This document shows, piece after piece, positions 1 to 15,379 of a DNA stretch of 64,000 bases. The position numbers were made by a program, and so were the translations under genes. Location: contig NIVC01000971.1 of assembly GCA_002269645.1 (NCBI GenBank), positions 41,883-105,882 on the forward strand, written 5' to 3'. Under the pieces are notes generated by a model, which had not been told where the DNA came from, did no database searches, and saw only the letters and a program-made list of their open reading frames with translations. The DNA is from Macrostomum lignano. Lineage: Eukaryota. The first letter of the stretch is position 1, and each line of letters starts with the position of its first letter.

Positions 1-419
1 GCTCATTGTTTCCTCCACTTTTCAATCTATGTAACTTAGCTTTGTCATGGACTGGGCATGCCATCGATGTGGTAAACAGTTCAGCACTGAATTCAACCTC
101 AAGAAACATCAGCAGACAACCAGGTGTTCGGTTTTAAAGGAAGCGACTTCCTTTGGCTCCTGCAAGTCATTCGCAGATGTGAGAGATGCGCTGCAGCGTT
201 CTCCAACCAAGGTCAAAAGTTTTTAAACCCGAATCTTTTTCCTGAACTTTTGGCAAGCGCTTTGAGAAAGTCGTCGGAATGTCTCGAGAGAACTTCAACA
301 GCTTCAGAAGCCTCATCTCTGGCTCAGTACGCACTGGATTTGTCTAAGTCAAGAGAACAGAGTATTTCTTTACCTGAAAAAACTCCGCTATGGCGTCAGC
401 TTTGAAGCCATAGGAAACG

Positions 420-1340
420 ATTTCAACATTTCTGCGCGCCACGCTTGTGAAGTCTTTTGGGAGGTGGCCAAGGATCACTAAATCAACGACCCTTTTCAAC
501 CAAGGCTACTGTCATGTGCTCCGATTGAGACGATCCTGGGACGATTTTTTGCAGGTGTTTTTGAACGATACGTTCGGGATAAGCAGCTTGTTTTGTTTAT
601 TGGTGACCATACATACTTTTTCATCGGTAAAGGCGGCCAGCACCGTCTGCAGAAACGCACATACTATGCTCCGAAGAGTAGCAACGTTTTAAAGAAACTG
701 GTCGTAGTGAATGCGACTGGCATGGTAGTTTACGCAGCACCGCTCAGCGGATCCATATCTTTTGCCCTCAGTGATGGAAATCTGGCGGCCTACCAGATAG
801 AGATGGAGCGAGAGCATCTCATTCCAGCTGCACTAACAAAACTACTCTGTGCCAATGTGCCTGGGTATCGAGTCGTGGCGATATTTGACCGCGGTTACAG
901 TCACCACGCTGCACTGATTCATCGGGCAAGAGTTTCCGCGATCTGATTGAATCAAATAGTCGAGGAAACACGCTGCTATAGTTTCCTCTCGGACCCGGCG
1001 ATCCAATACTTAATGATCGGTTTTGCTACGTAAAGAATCCAGTCTCGGCTGAGGATCGTCCCCTTCACGGAAAACTGACTGCTATTGAGTCAAATACCAG
1101 TAGGCTGGCTACGCTTTTCCGCTTTTCTGTTGAGTGCGCGTTCGCCGCAGTCAAGCAGAACACAGGTGTATTAATGAGCGGCATGAGCCATACCAGTGGC
1201 AGCAGCCAGCTGAATTCAGTACATCTAGTCAGCTAGATGTCATTATCGACAACTGTATTGCCAAATACAACCGCTCGCACATTGGATTCCCACTGAATAA
1301 AACGCTACCAAAGTCATGGAATGACAGCTCACTTTTTTAG
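420..1340 (+). pseudogene. DDE_Tnp_4 transposase remnant with stops and frameshifts
   Basis: ORF 593-946 carries D1 (GDHTY), D2 (SDG) and the DRGY motif; the catalytic E (FSVECAF) is in a different frame at ~1131. Confidence 0.75.
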
Positions 1341-2149
1341 TTTGGTCAGAATTTTACCAGGCGCATGTTTCTCAGCAATGAATTCGATCCGATTGAAGGT
1401 GTGAACTATCTGTGTGACGTGACCCGAACTCCTATCGAAGGGTCGAGGCGCTGGTCACCAGTCGATGTGCTAGATCCAGAGTCCACAGGCTTTCCTCGAA
1501 TTGAGATAGACAACCTTCAGGAAGTAAGTGTGGGACCATTTCATGTACAGCAGTCTGAAAGCTGTATCCAAAACATCCAGGTGCAACACACGCTTGAGAA
1601 TTTCGACGGTGATACGAGCTACGTGGTTAGAGCTTGAAGACCTGGCATCGCAGCTACCTCAATCGATGCGCTGCTGGAAATTCCGGCAATAACAGCAGCC
1701 AAGGAACTGGCAAAAGAAATTCGGCAACTGGCAACCGTCGTGGATATTTATGTCCGTTGTGTTTTCGAGGCACACATCTCGAACATATCGAGTCCTTCTT
1801 CGCCTGAGCGATTTACCGAATGGAAACCCTTTTGGATTCCACGATGCCGGTCTAAGGAGGCTACATGCCTACTACTCCTCGTCCAAAGTGGGTAGCCGAA
1901 CAGCTGGCTGTGACTGCCATGTAATGACAGTTCTTTTGGTCCTAGGTCATTATGCCTACCACCCAGATTCCTTTCGCCAACGATATCCTGAGCGCCGCTT
2001 CGTTGATACACAGCTTCCTAAAAGCCTCAACACTAATCTTTACACCTCTCTACCTGCTGAGGAAAATGTTAGAACAGAGCCTCGTCAAGAGCATCGTTCA
2101 GGAGCAAAGGATGCCAAACAAACATCATCAAGAAGTTCAGAGCCGCAGC

Positions 2150-2954
2150 CTTTCTGTGGACTAAGAAATAGCGGAGCAGACTGCTATGCCAATTCTGCCA
2201 TTCAGCTTCTTTACTGGATGGAGCAGAAGGGCCCATTAATGAGACGGGACATAGCTAGCGACTTGCAAAGATCTCTACAGCTACTTTTTGATCAAATGCT
2301 AGCTTTAAAAAATACTTCTGCCGCAGAAGTACAAGGAATTATCAGGCGCATCTTGCCCGGCAGATTTGCTGCTGGTGAGCAGCACTGCTTTCTGGAATTC
2401 TTGGAAGCCCTGCTTTCGACTCTCTCTCGGTCGCTAATGGCGCCCTTGCAGATGTTACTGCGCTCCGTAATTGTCGACGTTGTGGCTACAACGCAGCCTC
2501 GATTCAAACAGGAACAATCAGTGAACAAATTCTTTACGTTCCTCTCTCAGAGTGCAGCAGGGCTCCGATTAGCCTTTAAGATCTTTTGGAAGAGCGACTG
2601 CGACCACGCATTTCGCAGTGCGGCCAATTAGGATGCGAAGGCTTGATTGAAGAGCAGATTATTCTATCAGCGGCCAAGTTTGCAATTATTTACTTCAGCA
2701 GGACACCAGAAAACTATAACGCCGAAAAAGTCAACACCCAAATACGGTACTCACCAAGATCTGAGAGTAATTCCGACTTCGGCAGCCCTGTGATAGTGAT
2801 AGGCAGATCTCTCCGTCGCGGGCACTACACTACCAGTGTTTGGCATGACAATGCATGCTGGTTGATTGACGATTCCAGAATTGTGCCCAACTGCAATCCG
2901 TTTCTCCGGGATGCACAAAATATCGTTGCTGTAGTTGTGCAAAAGAAAGACTGA
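2150..2954 (+). pseudogene. Ubiquitin-specific protease (C19) domain, split by one frameshift near 2590-2630
   Basis: Cys box GLRNSGADCYANSAIQLL; QHCFLEFL (QQDAxEFL-like); His box GRSLRRGHYT; WLIDDS. Confidence 0.75.
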
Positions 2955-3317
2955 TCGTGCTTTCACCAGATCGTAGACCCGAGCTAGACAAGTTTTAGTT
3001 TATCCTTGCGATGCACTCCAAGATTCTAAAGATTTATTCCTACCTATGAACTTTTGCTTGCCACTACTTGCTCTGTTACATGTACTTTTGCTTGTTAATA
3101 TTTGCTCATGCACTTTTGGTTCCTATTATTTGCAAATGCACTGTATCATACAGTACTAAAATCGTGCATTTTAATATTTCATTAAACCTGTTCAGAAAAG
3201 TCTAATAAAGATACTTAAAAAGATATTTTAACGTTAAATACAATAACAGAAATTATTAAAACATTCTTCAACATAAAGACTCAAGGCAGCTTTACCGGCC
3301 TGCTTCATCGGTCAGAT

Positions 3318-3593
3318 TCTCATTGTCGGTCCAGTAGAGAGATCCGATCGAGAAACCGGCTCAATCGGCCACCGCTTCCATTTCAGAGCCTTAAGTTCAC
3401 ATGAAATCCCCATTTTTCCCCATTTATCCCATTCAGGGAGACCAAATGATAGAGAGATGCGGTTTTCAACGATTCGTGTCTCATTGTCGGTCCAGTAGAG
3501 AGATCCGATAGAGAAACCGGCTCAATCGACCACCGCTTCCATTTCAGAGCCTTAAGTTCACATGAAATCCCCATTTTTCCCCATTTATCCCAT
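3318..3593. repeat. Two ~115-bp direct repeats (3318-3432, 3479-3593), period 161
   Basis: ctcattgtcggtccagtagagagatccgat...ccccatttatcccat occurs twice with about 2 mismatches; possibly subterminal repeats of the upstream transposon. Confidence 0.9.
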
Positions 3594-4761
3594 GCGGAAG
3601 CGGCCGGGGTGGAAGAAAGATCAATTACGCTTTTCTTGTCTATTTTGGGTCTGAATAGTGAGAATTTCGCAGCGGTTTGGTTGCTGGACTCACGGCTTCC
3701 AAATCGCGCTTAAGTTCACATCCTCTTAGCAAAATCAATCGATCTAGAAAAATTAGCTGGCAATACACAATACACAAGCAAGCTTATTTTTCACAGGGAT
3801 ATAGCTTTGTAGCATGTGCAGGCAGGCAGTTCGGGCACCATTTTGCACTCCGTGACCCCCACCCAGCCTATCCACTTCCCTCTGCTCGAGCACATCCCAA
3901 CGCGCACTCAATGAACCGGAAATCTGTGACCAGACAATAAATATACAGGCACAGCCACATTCTATTTTTCCACCTTTTTGAGTGGCTAACTAACACTCGA
4001 AATAACCAGAGAGAATTGCTCGCTACAAGCTTTTTTTGAAAAATAACATTTTGAAAATCAACAGCTACGTACAGCTGTAAAAATAAAACTGCAACAATTA
4101 TAGTTTAAGTTATTGTTATTTAATTGTTTAAGTATTAATAAGTTATAATAAAGAGCTAACAATAATAGCTCAACTAATCCGTATATATTCTGATTATACG
4201 TTGATTTAATATTTGTCGCCGGATTGACTGTCGCCGGATCGTCTTGTCGCCGGATTGACTGGATACCGCTGGAAATTAGCAGGGTAGCGGATCTCAGATC
4301 TCTAAAAGGAAGGCCCGCAGAATCGCCTCAGCTGCCCGCCTCTGAGGAGGGTTAGAGACTAAATTAGCGATTAGTCTGGCAAGATACACGTGCACTGCAC
4401 TACAGTCTCAGAGCAGTCTGCTGTACGTGTGGTCTAAGTTTTGTCTAAAATTTAGTCTTAAGCTCCTTGTGACGTTATTAGCGTGGTGGCCTCGAGAACG
4501 AGCGGAGGCAAATAAATATAGCAGAGGCGGAATTGTAGCGGTAGCACTTGGCGGTAAATTGGATCGGCGTTATTACTAACGTTGGCTGCAGATTTGGTTT
4601 TTTGTTACGTCTTGTACTTTGATTAACAATACACTGGCGGCTGCGCAACAATAGAATAAATAGCTTAAGTAGTAGAAGTGGCGTGGCTAGAACTATGGAG
4701 GAGAGAAGGCAAATGACTAAACAAAGGCAGTCAGAGCCTACAAGCTACACAGACTCGCAAG

Positions 4762-5927
4762 TAGGGATGTCGATTCCCCGGGGAATTTTCTTATCGGGAA
4801 CCCGGGGAATTTACTGTCATTCCCCGGGGACCCCGGGGACCCCGGGGAAAAGAAAAAATAAGTACAAAACGGCGGATAACTTAGATCTTACGTCATTAAG
4901 GGGCATTTTTTAAACTTTGATTAAAGCTTTGGATGCACTACATGTTCAAGGCGCAAGGGTAAAAACTTTAAGCAATGTTTGTTTAAAACTGTATTTGACA
5001 ACGTGGGGGTACGTGGCATCACCAAATCGTGCGCGCACCTTTATCAGAAAGAGTCCAGACTCCGGAGGCGGAAAATGCATACTTACTCAGCAGCTACACT
5101 CGTGGGAGGATAATTAATGAATGAGACTGTTTTTATAATCGGAATTTTAATTTCTTGCAGATGCATGTAAATCACCATTTTGTCCTGTCTAATAGGGAGT
5201 ATTTTGTTATTGTATGACACCCCCCCCCCCCCTATGCGTCAGTGACTGACGCAGGACACAGCGCTGTGCCTGCGTCAAATGCCTCAAGCCGTCAACGCAG
5301 ACCAACACAATAGTCAGTAAGGCTTCTTTTTCCTGACGGGTTTCTACGCTCCTACGTGCAATTTGCTTGATTGAAAGACTCATAGTGAAAAAAAACATTC
5401 AAACGGGTCGCTTTCATAAGACCGAAATTTCACAACGCCGAAAATTCTGCATGCTCCTTATTGTATTAAGTTTTCTACGATGTGAATTTTCGGTCTTATG
5501 AAGTTTCGGTCTTGTGAAGTATGGTGTTTCGGCGTTGTGAAATTTCGGTCTTATGAAGTTTCGGTCTTGTGAAGTTTCGGTCTTGTGAAGTATGGTGTTT
5601 CGGCGTTGTGAAATTTCGGTCTTATGAAGTTTCGGTCTTGTGAAGTATGGTGTTTCGGCGTTGTGAAATTTCGGTCTTATGAACCCCCCCCCCCATTCAA
5701 ACGTGCGTTGTGTTTGAAATAATACATTGAAATAAGCAGTTTTGCAATAAAAAAGCATAGACAGAGTTTCAATCAGCTTTCTGTGAATGATTTTCTTATT
5801 TAAATGGCAAAAATTAAGTTAAAAATGTTTTTTTTCTCCCCGGGGTTCCCGGTCCAATTCCCCGGGGAGTATTCCCCGACAAGCTCCCCGGGGCCCCGGG
5901 GAGCACTCCCCGGGGTCGACATCCCTA
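4762..5927. mobile_element. Non-autonomous hAT element (MITE-like)
   Basis: TIR TAGGGATGTCGA..ccccgggg / ccccggggTCGACATCCCTA; perfect 8-bp TSD CTCGCAAG at 4754-4761 and 5928-5935; ccccgggg subterminal repeats. Confidence 0.92.
5405..5693. mobile_element. MULE-type MITE nested inside the hAT element
   Basis: GGG...CCC termini; 31-bp inverted repeat ttcataagaccgaaatttcacaacgccgaaa; 9-bp TSD CATTCAAAC (5396-5404, 5694-5702); internal tttcggtctt repeats. Confidence 0.88.
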
Positions 5928-8576
5928 CTCGCAAGGGAACGAGAGGCTAACAAGTCTAACAGGCGAAGGCCCCAGACGGGGTGGCGGCGGAGTTACACTG
6001 TAAAGTCTAAACAGTAGGGCAGACAGGAGCGCCCGGAGCGAGAGGCGGAGCGAGAAGAAAGGGACGAAAGTGAAAAGGCCCCGAGCGCACAGCCAGACAG
6101 AACTTAATAAGGACCGGACTGGGGGGTGGCGCGCGAGAGAAATTAGTATAATTAATGCGGCGTATTTCTATTGGCTGACTGCGAAAAACAGGAACAGAAA
6201 TTATTGATCACGCGCGCTGTACGCAGGGTTTACAATTGTACGCAGTTGAATAAAATTCTTAGGGCAACTACTTTAAGCAGACGTTAGAATACAAAACCGG
6301 CAAAATTAAAGATCGGTACCATATGTTGAAACGGCCCTTGGCGGGGCCACTGAAACTGACAACGTCACAGCTCCACAGAAAATTTCAACCCAAAACTCAA
6401 GAATAAACCGCATTGTACTAGTAGACTCAGAACGAGTGCAAAAACATATAGCTACCAAACGGCCAAATTAGTGTTGTAGTAAGGAAGCTGCGACTAGTTA
6501 CATGACATGCACATGTACCAACCTGCTGGGGTAGTGAGGTAGATAGTGATAGATGAATTGCAAGTGCACCAGATCAGGTAGTCTGACTTTCACCACTCTC
6601 AGACGTGCCGGTCGACCTTCTGCCTCGATCTCGTTGTATGCACTTCGCTACGAAGTAAGATCGAATGATAAACATGAATCGACTGTTGCATGGTCTGCAT
6701 CAAATTTTAGAATCATTCTTACATGAGTGATCAATGCGGCGAGTTTCCGAGTATTGGTTTAAAACTTAAAATAAGACATGGTTATATTATATTAGAAATT
6801 TCTGCCTTTTATTTCTTTTTTTACTTAAAATGATGCCCTGTAGGTTAAGACACACCGTTAGTAAACAGCCGTATTAAAACAAGCATATTTATTTCGGCAA
6901 AAGCAACAGACAAAATTACTTGGTTAAGAGTACACATTGGTACATTATAGCTAAATGGTTTTAACTGTGTTATAAAAACTAACATTGTTTTTAACTCGTT
7001 CATTATTGTTTAACCTGACAAAATACATCATTAGGCCTATTATCATCGTTCCTTAAATTTGTAATTTGCAGCTCTTACCATCTCGTTACACTGCAGCGGA
7101 CAATTTACACTTACAAGTAATAAAACTGAACTAAAATCTCAATTTTGTTTTGACTGAGTTTTTTTAATTTTCATTGATTTGATATTATTACTACCTACTA
7201 CTTACTAGGTGGTAGGTAGGTCGTAAAATGCTTGTTGGTAGCCTAAACTGAAAAAAATCTAGCAGATAAACTAAAGTTTTTTGAAAATTAAAAAAATCTG
7301 AATTTTACTAGTTTGGCTAGGCTTCCTAAGACTGTAGGCCTTACCAACCACAAGGCTAGGTGTAGTCTTTAAGCCTGGATGTCAAACAGCACAATTCTAG
7401 GGCCTATTATTAGGTTTTTAAAGAAAAAAAGGCCTAGCCCTACCCTTAGGGGCCTATATAGGCCTATGATATAAGATATTGTGGATGGATAGCAGGATAG
7501 GTCAGAGTCTGTAGAGACAAGGCCAAGGGTGAATGATACAGATCCTAGTCATTTTGTCAACTGGCGTTTCATCAATTGGCCATTTTGTCAACTTGGTTTT
7601 ATCACTAGTCATTTTGTCAACTAGCCAATGAAGCTATCTCAAACCTTGGTCACTTTGTCAGTTTTTTTAACTTCATCTGCCAGCAAACAAAACTTCTTAA
7701 AAATAGGCCTATAACTATATAACTTATAAAGCTATTTTTTATAATGAGATATTGCAAGTCCTGCAAAGAGTTATCATGAGATATCTTTTTTGTATATGTA
7801 ATTTTGTTTATTATAACATTTAAAAGAAGTTTTATATTAAATTTAATATCTATTAAAAAGTTTTATGATAGTGAAATTGAGTGAATCAAAAAGCAAAGTA
7901 GTTTGAAGTTGAATATGATTGTGATTAGCCAATTGTTGTGAGCATTATTATGATCCCTGGCCCCACTACTATCACACATTTGCTATCCTATTGTAGAGTT
8001 TGTTCATAATAAAAAATATTAATATATAAGTCAAGTCAACATTTGGTTAGGTCTTTTAAGTAATAATTTTTTAGATACATTTGGGACTAGCTACCCTGGA
8101 TTTCCTAGATAGGCCCTTAGCTACCCTTGATACACACTAGAATATATACTAGTAAGGAATTTTTTGTTTTTATACTTATTGCATACCATGCTTGCTAACT
8201 ATGTGCCATGTATGCCATTGTCAATAATTAACAATAAGCCTATAAATTATTTTTATAGGCTTTTGCATGCCATTATGCCATATACCCAAATATATACCAG
8301 TGCATGCCATTTTTTTAGCCAAACCAAATGCATTTCTAGCATGATGTATGCCTTCTAGAATATGGAGTGTATCTAGTAATGCTACTCAACTAAGAATTAA
8401 AAGGTTAAGATAGTGGGGGCTTAAGTTAAGATGAATTAAGCCAATAAAGAAGCCACTAGTATCTGCCACTATCAAAGAAGGCTAGATGACAAAAGAGGCT
8501 TCTTGCAAACCAATTCATAAATAGGCCATTGCCCTTGCAAAAGATCTTGGTGAGGTTTGAACTTTTGTTACTTTAG

Positions 8577-8700
8577 TTACTTAAATAAAATAAAATAAAA
8601 TAAAATAAGGAAAAGAAGAAAGAAAGTGGTGAGAAGGGAAAAAAAGACGAAAAAGAAGAGAAGAAAAGATAGAAAAAGGAAAAGGGAAAAGAGGATGTTT
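8577..8700. repeat. (AAAAT)n and purine-rich low-complexity tract
   Basis: Seen directly in the sequence. Confidence 0.85.
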
Positions 8701-10585
8701 GCCTTTGGCCTCAAGCAGTCTTTGTAGCTTAAGCAATAACAATTTATATAATGGCTCAGGTTAGTGGGCCTCCAACTAAAAGACATGGCTAAATAGTCAA
8801 AGTTGTTGCCTATGTAGTTTTATTGCAGTAGGTCAAAAGGCCATATTAGGCACATATTTGTGTAGAGTGTAGCATTGGTCTCACCATCTAAACTAATATG
8901 CACTCCAAATACCACATGCAACATGGTTGCATATGCAGAATCTAGCTGTATCCCAATGGACTATCAATGTCTAGGTCTTGGCATTGTACAATAGTTATGG
9001 AAAGTTTACTAGATGTGGATATGGATATAGATAGGCTATGGGAAACTTTTAGAAATGAAGCTATAGATATAGGAAAATTTGGTTATGGTGGAACTATTAA
9101 AAAAGAATGATAAACATATCAAATATTAAATGCATTCAGTTGTTTCCATGGGTTTAGATAAAGAATAAGCTATTATCACTCAAGTAAAAAATATATTTGT
9201 ACCAAAATTATATAATTGCCTCTTCTTTTTTTGTTTGTAAAAAGCCAATAGTTAAATGAATTTTATAGAAAAATTCTTACTTAAGTAATATATAATTAGT
9301 AAAGGGTCTTAAAATAAAAATGCATTATTTATATAGTGAAAAATTTTGTTATTTATCTCAAAGAGTTTTTTAGTGCTATATGCATAAATCTATGGAATGA
9401 CCTATTCTGAACTTCTGAACACCTTGATATATAATGCTAGCTATCTACAGAGAGCATTGCAAGCATTTGACTATTTGAAACTCTTGCTTAAACAATAGAA
9501 TTGAATACAAAACATTCCAAAAGGAAATTCAAAAGTTAAGACAAAGAAGTAGTTGGTTCTTTCTTAAATCAAGTTGTTATTCAATTGTGTTAACTACAAA
9601 CTTTCTTGATATTTGATATTGAGGTTTGTATAATATGTATTAAAATGCTTATAAAATAGGCCTGCATAACATAATTTGTAAAGATGTCTAGTAACTATAA
9701 GAGATATGGTAAGGAAAAATGATATTTATAATAAATTGAAAACTTATAGAAGTAGATTAGCATGCTGCATTTAAAAATCTTATAATTGTAGCATTTGCCT
9801 TTTATTTTTACTATGACTTAAAAATACAAAAAATAACTTAGATTATCATTTGCATCAATACAAATATAACAATGAAATATATAGTAGGTACTCAATATTG
9901 CCATGTTGTTCTAAAGTGCAGAAATAATTAAAAGTTGAATTTAAACATGTGTAACAATTAGAATAGTAATAGTCACATTGTTAACTTTTCCAATAATTAA
10001 TGAATATTTCATGGTATATATGGTGCATTTTTTGTAATAATCAATAATTTAGGAAAATTAAAAAAAAATTAGGAAAACCTTTTTTTCAGAAGGCACTTTG
10101 TCTTTAAAGCTAATGCCATGAGCAATAAATATTATTTGGATTATTGGCTAACACACTTAATGAACCCCATAGCCAAATATATAGCATATATAAGGTTATA
10201 CTTTAATATTGTAATGTAAGGTTTACATTATGACTTCATACCTATAATGCTTAACAAAGTTTTCTCACAAGGCAATGTGTCAAGATAATATAATAATGGT
10301 GTTAATATCAAAATCTTTGCAGACTTTTAATGCTAAAAATCATTGAATCATCAATCATACATTTGAAATATTTTAAACACCTTGAAAAGGTTTGCCAACT
10401 GTGTTCAAACCTAGCCTGAATCTAAGGTTTTTTATGAAGAATTTTCTTTTCTTATATAACAGCTGCAGATACGTCAGCTTTCCTTTCTTTGTCTAACTTT
10501 CTCTAACTAATACTTTATCTAATACTGAATAAATTGCTGAGCAGTAAAATAAAAAATAAGCATCAATAAGCGATTATACTTCAAA

Positions 10586-11800
10586 ATGAGTCAACAGTCA
10601 ACAATATCTATAACACTAGCGCCCAATGCCACTGAGCTCCGCCTAGTGCTAATACCTGTTGATCGCAGCCGAAATAGTGAACGAGCGCTTGCCTGGTATG
10701 CCGGCAATCTGGCCCAGCGCCGCGACCAGGTGCTGTTTGTGAACGTGTCCGAGCCGCCTGAGGTTAGCAGCGCTACTCAGACTGGCCTGGCTGGCGCTCA
10801 GGATGTCTACCAGCGGGCTATTGGCAGCGCTATTGAGAAGGGCCGCGAGCTGGCTGAGCAGGTAAACTGCTGTTTGTAATTGCTGAGTCTTGTGCAGCTT
10901 AGCTTGACTATCTTTTTGGCATTTCATCAAAGACTAGAAATCAAACAATAGCATGCATTGTTTTTAGTGCATTTGACGATATAGATAGATAGATTGATTG
11001 ATTAGATAGATAGATTAGATAGATAGATACATAGATAAATAGATAGATAGATAGATAGATACGTAGGTAGGTAGATGGAGATTGACAGACAGACACAGAC
11101 GGACAGGCAGACAAAGACAGACGGACAGGCAGACAGACACAGACGGACAGGCAGACAAAGACAGACGGACAGGCAGACAGACACAGACGGACAGGCAGAC
11201 AAACAGACGCAGACGGACAGGCAGGTAGGCAGACACAGACGGACAGGCAGGCAGACACAGACGGAAAGGCAGACAGGCAGACACAGACGGACAGGCAGAC
11301 AGACACTGACGGACAGGCAGACAGAGACAGACGGACAGACAGACGGACAGGCAGACACAGACAGACAGGTAGGCACACAGACGGACAGGCAGACATAGAC
11401 GGACAGGAAGACAGACACAGACGGACAGGCAGACACAGATGGACAAGAGGACAGACAGGCAGTGCACCCAATAAATGCTAAACTGCTTGCGCAGGTGCGC
11501 CGCCGCTGGATGGAATTCGGCATGCACCGGGCCTTCAAGGAGCCGAGATTCCTGGAGCGCCTATCGAAAGACCCCGGCCCGGCCATCTGCCAGGTGGCCA
11601 AAGACGAGGGCGTCAACCTCATAGTGATTGGCAGCAGAGGCATGAGCCGGCTGAAGCGAACATTCCTCGGCTCCGTATCCGAGTATGTGCTGCACCACGC
11701 CAAGGTGCCAATTGCTATTGTGCCGCCGCCCAAGCAGCAGAGCCTTGAAGCTATTCGCCAGGCTAGTCAGGATACTGCCTCTGGTGACGGCCAAGAGTGA
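10586..11800 (+). CDS. Universal stress protein A (UspA)-like; exons 10586-10861 and 11495-11800 (~193 aa)
   Basis: VLIPVDRS..SERALAWY N-terminal motif; IVIGSRG....KRTFLGSVSEYVLHHAKVPIAIVP C-terminal motif; phase-0 GT-AG intron (cag|gtaaac ... gcgcag|gtg). Confidence 0.92.
10976..11460. repeat. Compound microsatellite (GATA)n-(GACA/GGCA/CGGA)n in the UspA intron
   Basis: Seen directly; it accounts for the spurious ORFs at 10941-11733. Confidence 0.95.
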
Positions 11801-12026
11801 GCAGCCTAATGATTATTTTGAGCATGGTTGGCTGGCTTTGGGTGCGAGACATGGCCTTTGGAGTAAACGGAGAAGCAATTAATAAGAAAGAACACTACAG
11901 TGACACTAAACACTCACAGAATGTACAGCGGACTCTGGCTTTCTAATCGTCTGGCATAACCATATATTGGTACCAGAAAGAAAGGGTTGTACAGATATTT
12001 TGGTATCACTAATTAGATGACGAGGC

Positions 12027-12420
12027 ATTTGCTTATGTTTAGATAAGTATATAGTTACTCACAATGTTTACCCACACTGTCCAGGGGGATTAGTGATATT
12101 TTGTAGGCAAGCCCAACCGGCTAAATTCTGTCCACTAGGCCAAAACACTCAGTGGCATAATTTGACGCGAGTATCAAAAGCGCAAACTTGTTTGAGCTAT
12201 AAAACAAAGACAAAAAGATAAACAGTTGGACACAGTTTAAGGACATGGACTAAAGTTCCATTCTCTATGATTTAAATTTTTATGCTTTAGCTCTGTTTTG
12301 AATTTATGACACATTTTATAAAATCGCGGCATTGAGGCGAACAATTTACTATTCTAATATAATTTATTTTCTATGCTATACTTTTAGGATTAACCAGGAT
12401 TTTTCGCGCAATTTTTTGTT
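12027..12420. repeat. Left copy of a 394-bp direct repeat flanking the LINE
   Basis: atttgcttatgtttagataag...gcgcaattttttgtt; appears identical to 14602-14995 on reading. Confidence 0.93.
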
Positions 12421-14995
<2,575 letters not shown>

Positions 14996-15379
14996 TCTGT
15001 GCTCGTTTGAGAGCTGTAGTTCTTGATTTGAGTCAACGTTGCTCAAACGAATATTCATTCAACTTGTTTTTTACAATTCGACGAAGATATTACTCGTATA
15101 TTTTACTGATTCTCGGTAAATATTAAATAATAAGCAACTATATTGTTTATACTTTTTTATTAGGACATAGTTAAGTTAGTCTTTTTGAATGCTGATATTA
15201 TCTTTTTTCAGAATTTTCTTTTCTAGTCTACAAAAATTATAGCTTTCTGTTGTGCTCACAGATGCCAGAATGACTGGATTTGTCGCTTGATTAAAGTTGT
15301 GAAAAAGCACAGCGTCTACTCTTTTCAGTAGCTTGTCTATGCATTGTCACTAAATTATGTGGCGAAAGAAAACTTTCTT

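Larger units (their letters stand above)
1..3000 (+). mobile_element. Decayed PIF/Harbinger-ISL2EU-type (DDE_Tnp_4) DNA transposon with SWIM-like and USP (peptidase C19) modules; ends not resolved
   Basis: Frameshifted coding blocks in order: possible THAP tail (CFLHF at ~7-21); DDE core (GDHTYFFIGK..QKRTY..K..LKKLVVVNATG, SDGN, FDRGY, LT..E.N.SR..T..R..VE..F..VK at ~1075-1160); SWIM-like SRH..Y..YYSSSKVGSRTAGCDCHV..VL..LG (~1765-1950); USP boxes (2150-2954). The 5' end probably lies upstream of the window. Confidence 0.7.

Noticed and set aside
124-405. ORF 124-405 as a host gene
   Set aside because: No motif match; it lies within the decayed transposon region.
4270-4700. Possible LTR with primer-binding site (tggtggcc at ~4485)
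   Set aside because: No second LTR, no TG...CA ends and no gag/pol found.
6540-6780. snRNA/snoRNA-like stretch (minus-strand ggaaactcgccgcat resembles part of U1)
   Set aside because: Only a short match; no U1 5' end or Sm site in the right position.
8400-8560. Possible decayed GIY-YIG/Penelope C-terminus (IKEA.. motif)
   Set aside because: Too short and mutated to support without a profile search.
10941-11733. Long ORFs over repeats (also 16705-17613, 22830-23972, 26377-26907, 31621-32700, 51650-51979, 57335-57886)
   Set aside because: They are translations of micro/minisatellites or MITE TIRs with periodic sequence.
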